A stretch of DNA of 64,000 nt from Eledone cirrhosa. Taxonomy: Eukaryota. The stretch is from the NCBI GenBank assembly GCA_964016885.1, contig OZ024753.1, positions 43,338,001 to 43,402,000 of the forward strand, read 5' to 3'. This document shows positions 1 to 12,696 of this stretch, piece by piece. The stretch's first letter is position 1; every line of letters starts with the position of its first letter. The notes beneath the pieces are model-generated. The model ran no database searches. It was not told where the DNA came from and was given only the letters and a program-made list of their open reading frames with translations. The translations under genes and the position numbers were made by a program.

Positions 1-83
1 TTTTTTATGACTATTGTCATCTAGAAGCTATTTGAAGTGGTATCAAGTTAGAATATTCTATTAGATGAAGTAATAGGAGGGTG

Positions 84-115
<32 letters not shown>

Positions 116-159
116 TATATATATATACATAGATACATGTTTATATACTGTACATACAT

Positions 160-222
<63 letters not shown>

Positions 223-682
223 TACATGTGTGTATATATATACATATATATATATATACACACACATATATATATAATAATAAAAAATACAGAACCCAAT
301 ATGGCAGCCTCAGCTAATAACAATAAATTAAAAAGAGAAATTAAACAGACATCTATTTTATTTTCAATAGTTCGACTATTCTCCTCTTACTTTCTACATT
401 TTATGTTTTTCTTTCCTTTATCACTTGTCGATATATTCCTTCATGTTTTCTGAACAAGTTATTGTCATTCAATGCAGGATGCTCTTGAAAATAAAAAAAG
501 AAGGAACATATTTCTTTCTCTTTTTTCTAGCATCTTCTGTTTTAAGTTAGGTAAAAATATAAAAGAAAACCTTTCCATTTCATGGATTGGCATAATCGTT
601 AGAGTATTGGACAAAATACTTCGGTATTTGTTCCAGATCTTTTATGTTCTTAGTTCAAATCTTGCCAAAATCCAAAAGCCTG

Positions 683-799
683 CTTTACAGTGTGGACTAG
701 GTGCTATTTATTGTGGCACTAACACAACGACTTTACAGTGTGGACTGGGTGTTATTTATCATGGCACTAACACTACCACTTTACAGTGTAGACTGGGTC
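683..799 (-). repeat. About 2.5 copies of the 48-bp SINE-tail-derived minisatellite
   Basis: ctttacagtgtggactgggtgttatttatcatggcactaacactacca repeated; same monomer family as arrays at 5980, 26335 and 46899. Confidence 0.8.
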
Positions 800-1865
800 T
801 CTGAAATCACTGCAGTATCCATTTCTATGTAAATTAATTGCTTTCACTGTTTAGTTCCTTTTTCTTTCTGTCTCGTTTGTATCTGAAGATCTTTTAATCA
901 AATTCCTCATAGAAATATTAACAGCTTCTCTAGTTTACTGAAATACATAAGAGCAACTATTATTAATGTAACATTGTATCAATATCTATCATCGTTTGCC
1001 CTGCTGCATGTTGTAACAATGGACTTAATAATTGAAGAAATAGAGAAAATGTATTCTTCTACAATCAACATAATTAACCAATTCTCAGATCTGGTGATAG
1101 TGCGGGTATAAAATGAGTTGTGAGGTACTATGAGAACACTGTTACTGGTTATTCCACATTCACAAAAGAACTTGGGCGCTTTTCAAAATAATGTTATTGC
1201 GAATACAATGAGAGATTCTCCGATATCAAAAGCAGATGTTATCTGCGATGTGCGGAATATTTCATCAATGGAACATTTCAAGAATTTCGAATCAAATTTT
1301 GTAACTATCTAAAACATTTGGGAAATATCACTGACGTCTATAAATGGCTGCATTGTTTCGCTTGTCATTAGCTAAGCTGTGGGCTGTTGGGCGATACTTG
1401 CAATGTTATCTAATTACTAAACTTATATATCTGACATGAGATCAGATGGCAGGGAAGATCAATTAATTTCAAATGATAAAGTTAATAAAATCACACATTG
1501 CAAGTCTGACCATATTCCTCACTATATATTAAGAGATTATTAAATATATATCCTTCCACAGATTGAAATTTATGTCTATGAAAGAAATCCCCATTGATAT
1601 ATCTAACTCTTTTGTTAGTGTATTTCTAATGAAATCCACTCTACTTCAATTAATTAATGAAGAATTTGGAGGGATTTACTAAAATTAATTATTTCATTAC
1701 TAAGATAGTAAGAGTCCTTAATAAAATTGTTAGAAGATTTTAATTTAAATAGGAACTCTTTAAAATGGTTTGGGGAGGATTGATATGATAATGTCTAGAC
1801 AATAACATTCTCGTTAAAATAGGTGTTATGCAGTAGGGGGTTGGTAGGAGTAATATAGCACTACA

Positions 1866-1968
1866 GGGGCATATTGGTTAGGGTGTTGGACTCATGATCT
1901 TAAGGTTATAGGTTCAATTCCTGGACTGAGTGATGCATTGTCTTCTTGATCAAGATTCTTCATTTCAG
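1866..1968 (+). mobile_element. tRNA-derived SINE family B head
   Basis: ggttagggtgttggactcatgatc...ggttcaattcc (B box)...tgtcttcttgatcaaga; related copies at about 5938, 14440, 24600 (-), 29795, 52560 (-), 53638. Confidence 0.7.
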
Positions 1969-1999
1969 ATATATTTTTCATGATAGGTCTAGGACCCCT

Positions 2000-2310
2000 A
2001 TCATTAAAATACCAAAGAGACCTACTATGGGGTAGACCCTCAGATAACTGTGAGGCCCTTATCATTAAAACACCCAAGAGACCTACTATGGGATAGACCC
2101 ACAGATAAGTGTGGTGCCCTTATTAAAACACCTAAGAGACCTATGGGATAGACCCTCAGATAAGTGTGGTGCCCTTATTAAAACACCCAAGAGATCTACT
2201 ATGGGATAGACCCTCAGATAAGTGTGGTGCCCTTATCATTAAAACACCCAAGAGATCTAATATGTGATAGAACTTCAGTGAAGACCAGCTAAATCTATAG
2301 TGTGAGCTGT
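2000..2310. repeat. Minisatellite, 55-61 bp unit, about 5 copies
   Basis: attaaaacacccaagagacctactatgggatagaccctcagataagtgtggtgccct repeated; related single copies near 5112 and 14720-14990. Confidence 0.8.
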
Positions 2311-3167
2311 AATATTTAATTTCAGCAATTGTACAATAGCTAAACAGTTTGGTTATTGCTTATATATTTTTTTAGCTGTGAGAAAGTGAGTTTCCTCCAT
2401 CAATTGATGGGCTCTTAACTCTTGTCAGCCGTAAATTTTACTTTTTATTCCTTGCATATTACAATAGCTGCACTAGACATTTAGCTTGACATCAATAAAT
2501 AATACTTTTTGCACCTTAACAATAACAGTTTACACACCTTTCCTGTTAAGTTTCATTTCTAAATCTATAAGGAGTTTAATTTTTATTTTATTTTTTCTCT
2601 TCTTACAAGCTTATTGATTATAACTGAATCTAAATATCAGTATAATATTCTTTGCATTGAAAAGCTTCAATATACGAGAATTTCAAACAATAAATCTATT
2701 TAAATGCATTCTAGAACAGATTGCTATTTTCTCTCAGTGCAGTCTCCTGCCATCAAGTGCAATTTATACATTAATAACTACCTTCACTTGACAAAGCTGC
2801 ATTCATTGCTCTATGTCAATTGCATTCAAGTTAGTAATAACGTGTTGCTATCTTTACCATTTAACAAACAAAATCATCTTGCTATGTAAAAGCCTGTAAT
2901 TTTATTTCCAACAAAGGAACTGTGCTGTTGTAGGATCAATGTTTATAAAAATATCCCCTTAAATATAGTTTTTATTTTTCTCAGTAAATCTGTTCTCCTT
3001 ATTTATTTATTTCAATTGATTAATAAATTATCCATTTCAATATTGATTTGATCAACACAGTAAAGAAAAAAAAAAAAAAGCAGTTTAGGGTTGTTTTTTA
3101 TAAGCGTTTACAAAGATGGTTATTTTGTATTCCATTACTAAACCTGCACTGTCTAAGATCAAGATCC

Positions 3168-3598
3168 TTAACCCTTTTCATACCACCCTGCCTAAAACTG
3201 TCACTGGTATTATGAAACAAAACCACCCATTGTAAAAAGCATTTCTATTTAGACTAAAATCATCCAGAATAATTTGATATAAAACCTCTTATAATGTTAC
3301 AATTACCATATGAATAATGGTTTCTGATTTAGACACAAGGCCAACTGTTTTTGGGGGAGGGGAAAGTCAATTAAATCGATTCCAGTATGTTACTGATCTT
3401 TATTTTATTGATCCTGTAAGGATGGAAGGCAAAACTAACGTTGGTGGGATTTGAACTCAGAATGTAAAGGGTCGTAACCATATGCCGCAATGCATAATGT
3501 CCGATATAATTTATCATTTTAGTAAATCATTCTAAATTCTTCATTAATTAATTTAAATACAGTGTATTTAATTACCAATGTGTCTTCAAAAGGGTTAA
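3168..3598. mobile_element. piggyBac-like MITE with a nested SINE A (about 3320-3508, minus strand)
   Basis: TTAA-CCCTTTT ... AAAAGGG-TTAA termini; internal gacacaaggcc...gatttgaactcagaatgtaaagg SINE. Confidence 0.7.
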
Positions 3599-3763
3599 GA
3601 GAGTGGGACTGGCTTTGTGCAGTGCCTTTGCTCACTATAAAAGCTTCACGGCACAGGCATTGCTTTATATCTGGAGATCTCTCTGCACTTGTCGTCACAT
3701 GGTACTATGGGCCCAGCACTGTGTGTCAATAATTGTCACAAGTGTAGTGTTTGTACCAGAGTT

Positions 3764-4250
3764 TATATATATGTATAAGAATTTATATATATATATGTAT
3801 AAGAATTTATATATGTATATGAATGTATATATATATGTATGTATATGTATGTATATGAATTTATATATATATATGTATATGAATTTATATATATATATGT
3901 ATGTATATGAATGTATATATATATATATGTATGTATATGTATGTATATGAATTTATATATATATATATATGTATGTGAATGTATATATATGTATGTATAT
4001 GAATTTATATATATATGTATGTATATGAATTTATATATATATATATGTATATATGTATATGTATGTATATGAATGTATATATGTATATGTATGTATATGA
4101 ATGTATATATATGTATGTATATGAATGTATATATATGTATGTATATGAATGTATATATATGTATGTATATGAATGTATATATATATGTATGTATATGAAT
4201 GTATATATATATGTATATGTATATGTATGTATATGAATATATATATGTGT
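3764..4250. repeat. Compound TA/TATG microsatellite
   Basis: gtatatgaat(tta/gta)tatatatat units. Confidence 0.95.
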
Positions 4251-4584
4251 ATGTGTTGGGGAAGATGGTGAGATGGATCTGGAGTATTGAGACCAATAAT
4301 ATGTGGTTACATAACCACCATCAATTACTATATCGATTTATCATGATCAATGAACCTTTTGAAATGATCGTAAAACAATGAACTGATTAAGCACTAATCT
4401 TTGCCTTTGTTTTCATTGTTAAACACACATATATAGGAATATATTAATGAAAGGGTTACATCTGAACCATTCCAGTTTAGATGTATCACACAGTGATTCA
4501 GTTCATGGTAGTATAAGTAATGGAAGGACTAGAATATAGCCTGCAATCTTCCACTAAAGCAAAGAAAAGCCCAACGCACTAGGG

Positions 4585-4727
4585 CATAACCCATCCCTCT
4601 AGGCCATTACCCATCCACCTTGGACATAACCCATCCCTCCTGGCCATTACCCATCCACCTTGGACATAACCGATCCCTCTTGGCCATTACCCATTCCTCT
4701 TGGCCATTACCCATTCCTCTTGGCCAT
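4585..4727. repeat. About 20-bp tandem repeat
   Basis: acccatccctcttggccatt variants, about 7 copies. Confidence 0.85.
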
Positions 4728-4899
4728 GGGTTATGCCACTCTTTGACTGACTGACTGACCATGAGTTGGTCTCTTTGAGGCAGAATCTAGTTCAGGGTGT
4801 CTTGTGAAAGACCAGAAGTTACCCATACATTCCAGTCCCCCCCCCCCCAACACTATTAAGATAACAGTACTGGAGTCCTTGTTAGTAAAACACTGAAGG

Positions 4900-5112
4900 G
4901 TGAGGGATTAGCAGTGTCGATAGATCATTGGACAACATGCTTTGTAGTATAAAGTTACATCCCTTTGTCTTTGGTTCAAATCCTGCTGCGGTTAGCTTTG
5001 TCTATCCTTATGAGGTCAATAAAATAAAATATCAGTAATACACTGGGGTTGATTTAATCAACTTTCCCTTCCCCTAAAATTGTTGGACTTGTGCCTAAAT
5101 CAGAAGCAATTA
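4900..5112 (+). mobile_element. tRNA-derived SINE family A (diverged)
   Basis: ggttcaaatcc B box, ...aataaaataaaatatcagtaatacactgggg...cttgtgcctaaatcagaagcaatta. Confidence 0.7.
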
Positions 5113-5204
5113 TTAAAACACCCCAGAAACCCCCTATTAGATATAACTTCATAGGACTCAGCTAAAGTTACACATCAGTGTGAACTGTAAAGAAGCAATT
5201 CTTA

Positions 5205-5431
5205 TTAACCCTTTAGCATTTAAACCGGCCATATCCGTCCAGAATTCTTTCACCTCTTTCTGTTCAAACTAGCCCTAACAAGCTGCTCATACTGATGTTA
5301 AGGTATTGTTCTCAAAATAAGTAATATCAATATCTCATAGATTTGATATTATGTGAGATAACTGTGAGGTAAAGACTTTACCATGAAAATATAATAGTTT
5401 ATATAGATAAATGTAAATGATAAAGGGTTAA
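5205..5431 (+). mobile_element. piggyBac-like MITE
   Basis: TTAA-CCCTTTAGCATTT ... AAATGATAAAGGG-TTAA; same family at 30000-30724 and 54440-54660 (inverted), partial copies at about 9995 and 12335. Confidence 0.85.
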
Positions 5432-5937
5432 GCCAGAATCTGTAATGCATTTTTTGCCCCGTTGCTCGCAATAATTCATATTAACTTCTAGATTTTTATT
5501 TACCTGAAGTCACACTACTTAGGATGAAATATATGTATCATAGGAATACACAGAAGATATTTTGGGTGACTGGTATCAGCTTCCTCAAGAGACTAATCTA
5601 GAAAAGTAGCTGTAAAAAATAAAGGCAATAATACATTTGTTATAAGTGTGTTATTTACTTAATTTTTAACAAGAGTAATTATTTTTACATAATTTAGAAA
5701 TCCATCATTCATTTTCACCTATGAGTAACTGATCTGTCAGAGTAAATTTCGCAACTCATCTGTTTTGAATCTGGTCTGGAGAAAGTAAGTATAAAGCTGA
5801 AAATAAAGCTGTAATGTTCTTCAAATATTTTAATCATGGACCTCAAGTCTGCAGGAAAACTTCCTATCAGCACTGTCAGTTATCAGAATAACTTGTTAAT
5901 TTTACAGTAGTACTTACTTTTGCTTATGTGACAGGAA

Positions 5938-6779
5938 TGAAGGTGCATGGTTTAGTGGTTAGGGTGTTGGATTCATGGTTGTAAAGAGGTAGCGCTGGTG
6001 TCATGGTAAATTGTCCCCAGTACACCCAGTAAAGAGGTAGTGTTGGTGCCATTATAAAACATACCCAATACATACTGTAAAGTGTTTGTAGTGGTGGCTC
6101 CATGATAAAACACACCCAGTACACTCTGTAAAGTGGTAGTGTTGCTGTCGTGATAAAATACACCCAGTACACTCTGTAAAGTGGTAGTGTTGCTGTCGTG
6201 ATAAAATACACCCAGTACACTCTGTAAAGTGATAGTGCTGGTGTCATGATACAATACACCCAGTACACTCTGTAAAGTGGTAGTGTTAGTGTCGTGATAC
6301 AATGCACCCAGTACACTCTGTAAAGTGGTAGTGTTGCTGTCGTGATAAAATACACTCAGTACACTCTGTAAAGTGGTAGTGTTGCTGTCGTGATAAAATA
6401 CACCCAGTACACTCTGTAAAGTGGTAGTGTTGGTGTCATGATACAATGCACCCAGTACACTCTGTAAAGTGGTAGTGCTGGTCCCAGGATACAATGCACC
6501 CAGTACACTCTGTAAAGTGGTAGTGCTGGTGTCATGATACAATACACCCAGTACACTCTGTAAAGTGATAGTGCTGGTCCCAGGATACAATGCACCCAGT
6601 ACACTCTGTAAATTGGTTGCTATTATGAAGGGTCTACAGCTGTTGAAACCCTGTCAACAATGCAACATATGAGTAAGATGAAGTCCCTACAGACCCCTCT
6701 AATCACAGACCGTAACAGCTCATCCATCCAATAATAGCAGGGAAAGTGGATATAAAATGATGGTGACGATGATGATGAT
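5938..6779 (+). mobile_element. SINE (tRNA-like head plus RTE-like tail) with an internal 48-bp array (about 5980-6611, about 13 copies)
   Basis: Head gaaggtgcatggtttagtggttagggtgttgg; array cacccagtacactctgtaaagtggtagtgttggtgtcatgataaaata; tail ...ggaaagtggatataaaatgatggtgacgatgatgat. Confidence 0.8.
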
Positions 6780-7508
6780 TTCCATAAAATATGTCATAAA
6801 TTTTATACAGTAAATAATGGGTGGAGCGTCGAAGAATATCTTTGTTTGTTGTTCCTATTGTTTATCTGTGTGTGACAATCGTTACTTTGATGTTGACTAC
6901 AGAGCTTGCTCTCTTCTGAATAATTAGTTTATCATTAAAGAGGAAGAGAGATAGTGTGTGAGTGAGGGACAGAGACATAGAGAGAGAAAAAAACAGAAAG
7001 AAAGAGAGAGGGGTGGGGGGGGGGGGTGAAGTGTGTGTGAGTGAATGTGTTTGTATGTGTTTGTATGTGTTCTGTGATGTGTTTGTGTGATGTGGGTATG
7101 TATGTGCATGTGTGTTTGTGTGTGCATGACTCTGTTTGAGTCTATCTGTGTGACGGAGGTATATTGCACGCACGCACACACACAGTCACATACAGTCACA
7201 CACAGTCACACACAGTCACACACGCACATAGTCACACATACACATAGTCACACATACACATAGTCACACACACACATAGTCACACACACACATAGTCACA
7301 CACACACATAGTCACACATGCACACAGTCACACACACTTCTGTTTCAGAGCTTGTTAATACTATAAACATTCATGTCCATTCCCTATACACACACACGCA
7401 CACGCACGCGCACGCGCACGCGCACGCGCACGCGCACGCGCACGCACACGCACACGCACACTATTTCAGAGCCTGTTAATACTATAACATTGTTCATGTC
7501 CATTCCCT

Positions 7509-7800
7509 ACACCACCACCAACCACACCATCATCACTACCACTACTATCACCACCACCACCACTACTATCACTACCACACCACCACCAACCATACCACCA
7601 CCTCTGCCACCATCATCACCACCACCAACCATACCACCACCTCTGCCACCATCATCACCACCACCACCACCACCAGCATCCCCACTACACCACACCACCA
7701 CCACCACCACTACATCACTCCAGACCACCACTAACCCCCTCCCCCTTTCAACCCCCACCCTACCACCAGCACCCCCACTACACCACACCACCACCACCAC
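7509..7800. repeat. (ACC)n-rich microsatellite
   Basis: Degenerate CAC/ACC triplets. Confidence 0.95.
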
Positions 7801-8259
7801 AACATATTTGAAAGAGAGTCAACCAAAGTATCACCTTGTTATGAGTCACTGACCAATATATGACCACAATATATCATGTCATCAGACCATCATCAACTCA
7901 AAGATGGGTCAGTTTCCATTCACACATATTTTTTCCTCTTTCTACTGATACTTCTTTCTCTCTGATCTCAGCTACTCTTCACCAAACTTTGAGGACTCTG
8001 TTCAACTTGACAGCTTTTTTAAAAATATTTCTCTCTATGTTCAACAGTGTAAGATCATATCAAATACATGAGATGTCATTATATTTCATAGCTGTAGTGT
8101 AGTTTTCAGCTTTCTATATAAAAGGTATGAGGACAGCTTAAAAACAACAAAACTACAAAACTACTTGAAGCATTCATTCATGTCATTTCTTCTGTTGTTG
8201 TACTTCTAATAACAGTGATAATAGTAATAAAAATAATAATAGTAATCACAATGGTAATA

Positions 8260-8865
8260 ATTGTTTCTACTTTAGGCACAAGGCCAGCAATTACCCAGTG
8301 CATTACTGGTACTTTATTTTATCGAATCACAATAGTAATAATGTTTTCTTTATTAACCACAAGGGTTTACACAAAGTAGACATTAAGGACAGTACAGGAC
8401 GGTACAAATGGGCATTTCTGTGTGTAAAAAAACAGAAACAGAGGATGTAACAAAAAAAGAACAAATGAAAAATTCCCCAATAGAGGGAGGGAGGGGGGGG
8501 GAGTTCCGAGGGTCACTTGTGGAGAAAGCCCACAAAAAAGCCAGTTACCCTGACCACCAGGGTAAGTGCCCTCCCCCAATTTTATAATTGTTTCTACTTT
8601 AGGCACAAGACCAGCAATGGTACTTTATTTTATCGACTCTCGTAAGGATGAAAGGCAAAGTTAACCTCAGCGGGATTTGAACTCAGAACGTAAAGGGCCA
8701 TAACTCTATGCTGCAAAGCATGCTATCTGACACTCTACTGATTCTGCCGATTTAGGTACAAGGCCAGGAATTTGGGATGAGGGGAAAGTTGATTCAATCG
8801 ACCCCAGTACATTATTGGTACTTTATTTTATCGACCCCGTATATGGATGAAAGACAAAGTTAACT
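8260..8865 (-). mobile_element. Cluster of three SINE A fragments plus a probable LINE 3' end (about 8340-8580)
   Basis: Repeated ttgtttctactttaggcacaagg...ggtactttattttatcga...gatgaaaggcaaagttaacctc; intervening piece ends in aataaagaaaacattatta on minus strand. Confidence 0.7.
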
Positions 8866-8931
8866 ACTGATACTGCCTGCCATCTATTTGCCACAAGGGT
8901 GTTAGGATGAATGGGACATTACAAGGATAGG

Positions 8932-8971
<40 letters not shown>

Positions 8972-9009
8972 AGGAAGTTCTAGTTCACTTGAAGCATTGT
9001 GTAATGAGG

Positions 9010-9382
9010 TATAAACGTTTGGATTTGTAAAGCCAAACAATGCAGGTATGGACATAGAATAAAAATGCAAATGCAAAAGATATTGTTGACAATTAGTCTT
9101 TTACCTTAAATTTATTTAAATGTCCTTAATTTTCGAGATAATATCTCTTCTTCGGAGGGAAATAAAGCAGTTAAACCAGTGTTCTAAATAGCTTGCCAAC
9201 CTATTTAGAACACTGGTTTAATCGCTTTACTTCCCTCCGAAGAAGAGATATTATCTCGAAAATTAAGGACATTTAAATAAATTTAAGGTAAAAGACTAAT
9301 TGTCAACAATATCTTTTGCATTTGCATTTTTATTCTATGTCCATACCTGCATTGTTTGGCTTTACAAATCCAAAGGTTTATA
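9010..9382. mobile_element. 373-bp near-perfect palindrome in a (TA)n tract, with a degenerate hammerhead motif at 9234-9268
   Basis: Arms 9010-9191 and 9201-9382 are reverse complements with only a few mismatches; loop cttgccaac. Confidence 0.9.
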
Positions 9383-10346
9383 TATATATATATATGTTGG
9401 AGGAGGGGGGGGGGGCGTTACAAGGATTGGATGGTGACGTGGTAGTGATTTATTTAATGAAATAATATAAAACATTAAAAATATATTTAGGGTTATCTAT
9501 CCTAATATTAATGGTAGAAGCAGCAGTAGTAATAATCATATCAACATAACAACAGCAAATGGTGTGAGAACAAGTGATTGAAAGAATTGCTTTGGAAGAA
9601 CAAAAAATAAACTATTGAATGATGCTTTGAAATCTAAATACCATTATTTTAAATGTTAAAAGGAAGAACAAAAAAAAAAACCCCCCAAAACAAACACTTT
9701 TTTTTTTTTTCAAATGAAAATATAAATATTCTTATACAAACAAACACACAAATAAGAGAAATTGGAGGAGAAAAAAGTTTTGAAGAAATGTGTTTCATAA
9801 ATCAGGCTTAATGAGACAAGATGAGGAGCATTATTTCAATCATGCGCTGTTAATGAGCAAATATGGTGAAGAATAATATCTGCAAGACTAAACACATTTC
9901 CAAACTGTTCCCTAACGAAAATAGAATGTTATCAGACATTAACATTCCAACTTTCTGATTTGGTAGTTGGACAACTGCAAATACTCAGCATATTTATTAA
10001 ACCAGCTGTATCTGGCCAAAATTCTCTCACCTTTTTTCTATTCAAACCAGTTGTAACTAGCTGCTCATACTTATGTTGTTGTTTTTTCCCCGGAAATCAT
10101 CATACTTCGTGGCATAAAGTTCTGATCATTTTACGTTCTGATTTCAAATCTCGCTGAGGCTAGCTTTGCCTTTCATCTTTACAGGGTCAAGAAAAATAAA
10201 GTACTATTAATACACTGGGGCTGTCATTGGTCTTGTTCCTAAATCAGAAATTATTATTGTTATTAGTAGTAGTATTTACAGCCCTTTATATTCTGATTTT
10301 AGATTTCATAGGCCCCTCAAATAACAAAACGCATACACACATATAA

Positions 10347-10392
<46 letters not shown>

Positions 10393-10555
10393 CACACACA
10401 CAAGGGGGGCGAAAGAGAGAGAAGGAGGAGTGTTGTTTGATGAGGTAGGGGGCCTCAGAGCTTTACTTTCCACCACGACCACCTGCCGATAAATCTGATT
10501 CTACATCTACAATACGTTAATGTATAATAAATATATATATATACATACATATATA

Positions 10556-10745
10556 GGAAAATGTTTGACCCCCGACGGCTTGAGCTCCGTCGTTGGGGTC
10601 AAACATTTTCCTATTACCCACTCTACTACTTAGGGTAGTAGAGTCACGACCCTGACAGCTGAGCTCCGGCCGTTTCGACAGCTATGTATGAACTATAGCT
10701 GTTGAAACGGCTGGAACTCAGCCGTTGGGGTCCTGACTATTTTCC
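10556..10745. mobile_element. TA-embedded triple-hairpin element built from hammerhead 3' halves (same family as 33481 and 41098)
   Basis: Hairpins at 10556-10611, 10620-10644 and 10648-10732; GAAAcggctggaactcagccgTTggggtc. Confidence 0.75.
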
Positions 10746-11701
10746 TATATATAGTCTCATTATGTGTATTTTAATCTGTGATTAAGTCTACTGAAGTAGC
10801 TGTGACATGATCACAGCTGAACGTATTTCTATAGCAAGAGTTATGTATGTATATATATTATACATAAACATAAAGTTTTTGTATATGAGTTTATATACAC
10901 CTCTATCATTAGAATAAACATAAAGTTCCTTTCCACAGATCCAAATGAATATTGAAATCCATACAAATACATACAAAAGAATGTAAACAAATTTAAAAAC
11001 TGAAGCTTCACAAAATATACAGCATATAGGATGATCTACTGGATATATATTGTAAAGAATTTGTTTTATTGAGAACATTAAAATCTCCTTTTTTCTACAT
11101 GTTATTTGATGGATTTCAAATTAATTTCCTGTTTAAATCATATTGCTTTGTAAACCCCCCCCCCCAAAAAAAAACAACAATAATAATAATAATAATAATA
11201 TATTGTTTGTTTGTATCTTTATCGCCATTAAAATATTTTTATATATTTCAACGATATTCATAAAATGTCATTAGTAATTTTAAATAATGTTTTTCAGGTT
11301 GTGTTTTTTTTGTTTTTATTTTAATTACTTTATATTTTTTTAATTCACGCACCCCCTCCCTTCCCTCTAGAACTTTTAAAGACATTTTTATCAATATTTT
11401 TATTTCATTCATATAAACAAAAATAAAAGAATAAAAGAATAAAGAAATATACTTATTTTCATAACTAAATTGAAAGTGTTGAAATAAAAGTGGGATGGAC
11501 ATCGTTTATTTTATGTACCTTAATTATATGACCCCCCTCCCCCTTTTTTTTTTTGCATTTTACACTCACCTTGAATGATATATACAATTGTCCGTTTTTT
11601 TACCTGCTTGCATCATCCCTTTATCTATTTCAAATTAAACATATTTTCCACACCCCACTTATATACATTTTATTCATATGGTTCTCAACCTTTTCACCGC
11701 C

Positions 11702-12213
11702 AAAGACACTGTCTATGTCTTTAACGCTTTCATTACCATATTTCTAATGAAAGACACTGTCTATGTCATTAACCCTTTCATTGCCATATTTCTAAGGAAA
11801 GACACTATCTATGTCTTTAACCCTTTCATTACCATATTTCTAATAAAAGACACTGTCTATGTCTTTAACCCTTCCATTGCATTATTTCTGATAAAAGACA
11901 CTATTTCTTTAACCCTTTCATTACCATATTTCTAATAAAAGACACTATCTATGTCTTTAACCCTTTCATTACCATATTTCTAATAAAAGTCACTGTCTAT
12001 GTCTTTAACCCTTTCATTACCATATTTCTAATAAAAGACACTATCTATGTCTTTAACCCTTTCATTACCATATTTCTAATAAAAGACACTGTCTATGTCT
12101 TTAACCCTTTCATTACCATATTTCTAATAAAAGACACTATCTATGTCTTTAACCCTTTCATTACCATATTTCTAATAAAAGACACTGTCTATGTCTTTAA
12201 CACTTTCATTACC
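11702..12213. repeat. 48-bp minisatellite derived from a piggyBac-like MITE end
   Basis: ttaaccctttcattaccatatttctaataaaagacactgtctatgtct, about 10 copies; matches the reverse complement of the MITE end at about 13925-13980. Confidence 0.85.
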
Positions 12214-12696
12214 CTATTTTTAAACACAGCAGATTTATTCAAGAGAACGCTAGAGAGAGAGAGTAAGATAATGGAAATGAGAAAGAGATATAAAGCTAGA
12301 ACTGGCCCCAGTACTTGACTGCTACTATTTAATATTATTTATTTTGAGAACAATAACTTAACATTAGTATGAGTGTGCAGTTATGGCTGGTTTGAACAGA
12401 AAATGATGAGAGAATTCTGGCCGGATATGGCTGGTTTAAATGCTAAAGTGTTAATCCTTTTCATACCAAAATGCTGGAGAATGCCCCTAAAAATAAGCAG
12501 GGTATGGCCACCTGACCTGTTGATCCAAACTGTCAGCAGGAACATGATGATGCTGATGATAATACCAAACAACCTTAAAATGCCCCCGATTTTACGATAT
12601 AAAAATGGTTGTTTTAAAATATTTCTTTATTCAAATAGCTCTCATCTTCATTTTATGCAAGAACTTTTGTTAAGCTATTCTCCAAATTCTAGGTTC

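Noticed and set aside
1110-1500. Coding-looking stretch, vaguely like a hAT C-terminal domain
   Set aside because: Stops in all frames and similarity too weak to call without a search.
10430-10516. TTGATGA-ggtagg...cctgcc-GATA-aatctgattc
   Set aside because: Two core changes and a displaced stem I; may be a decayed HHR but cannot be supported.
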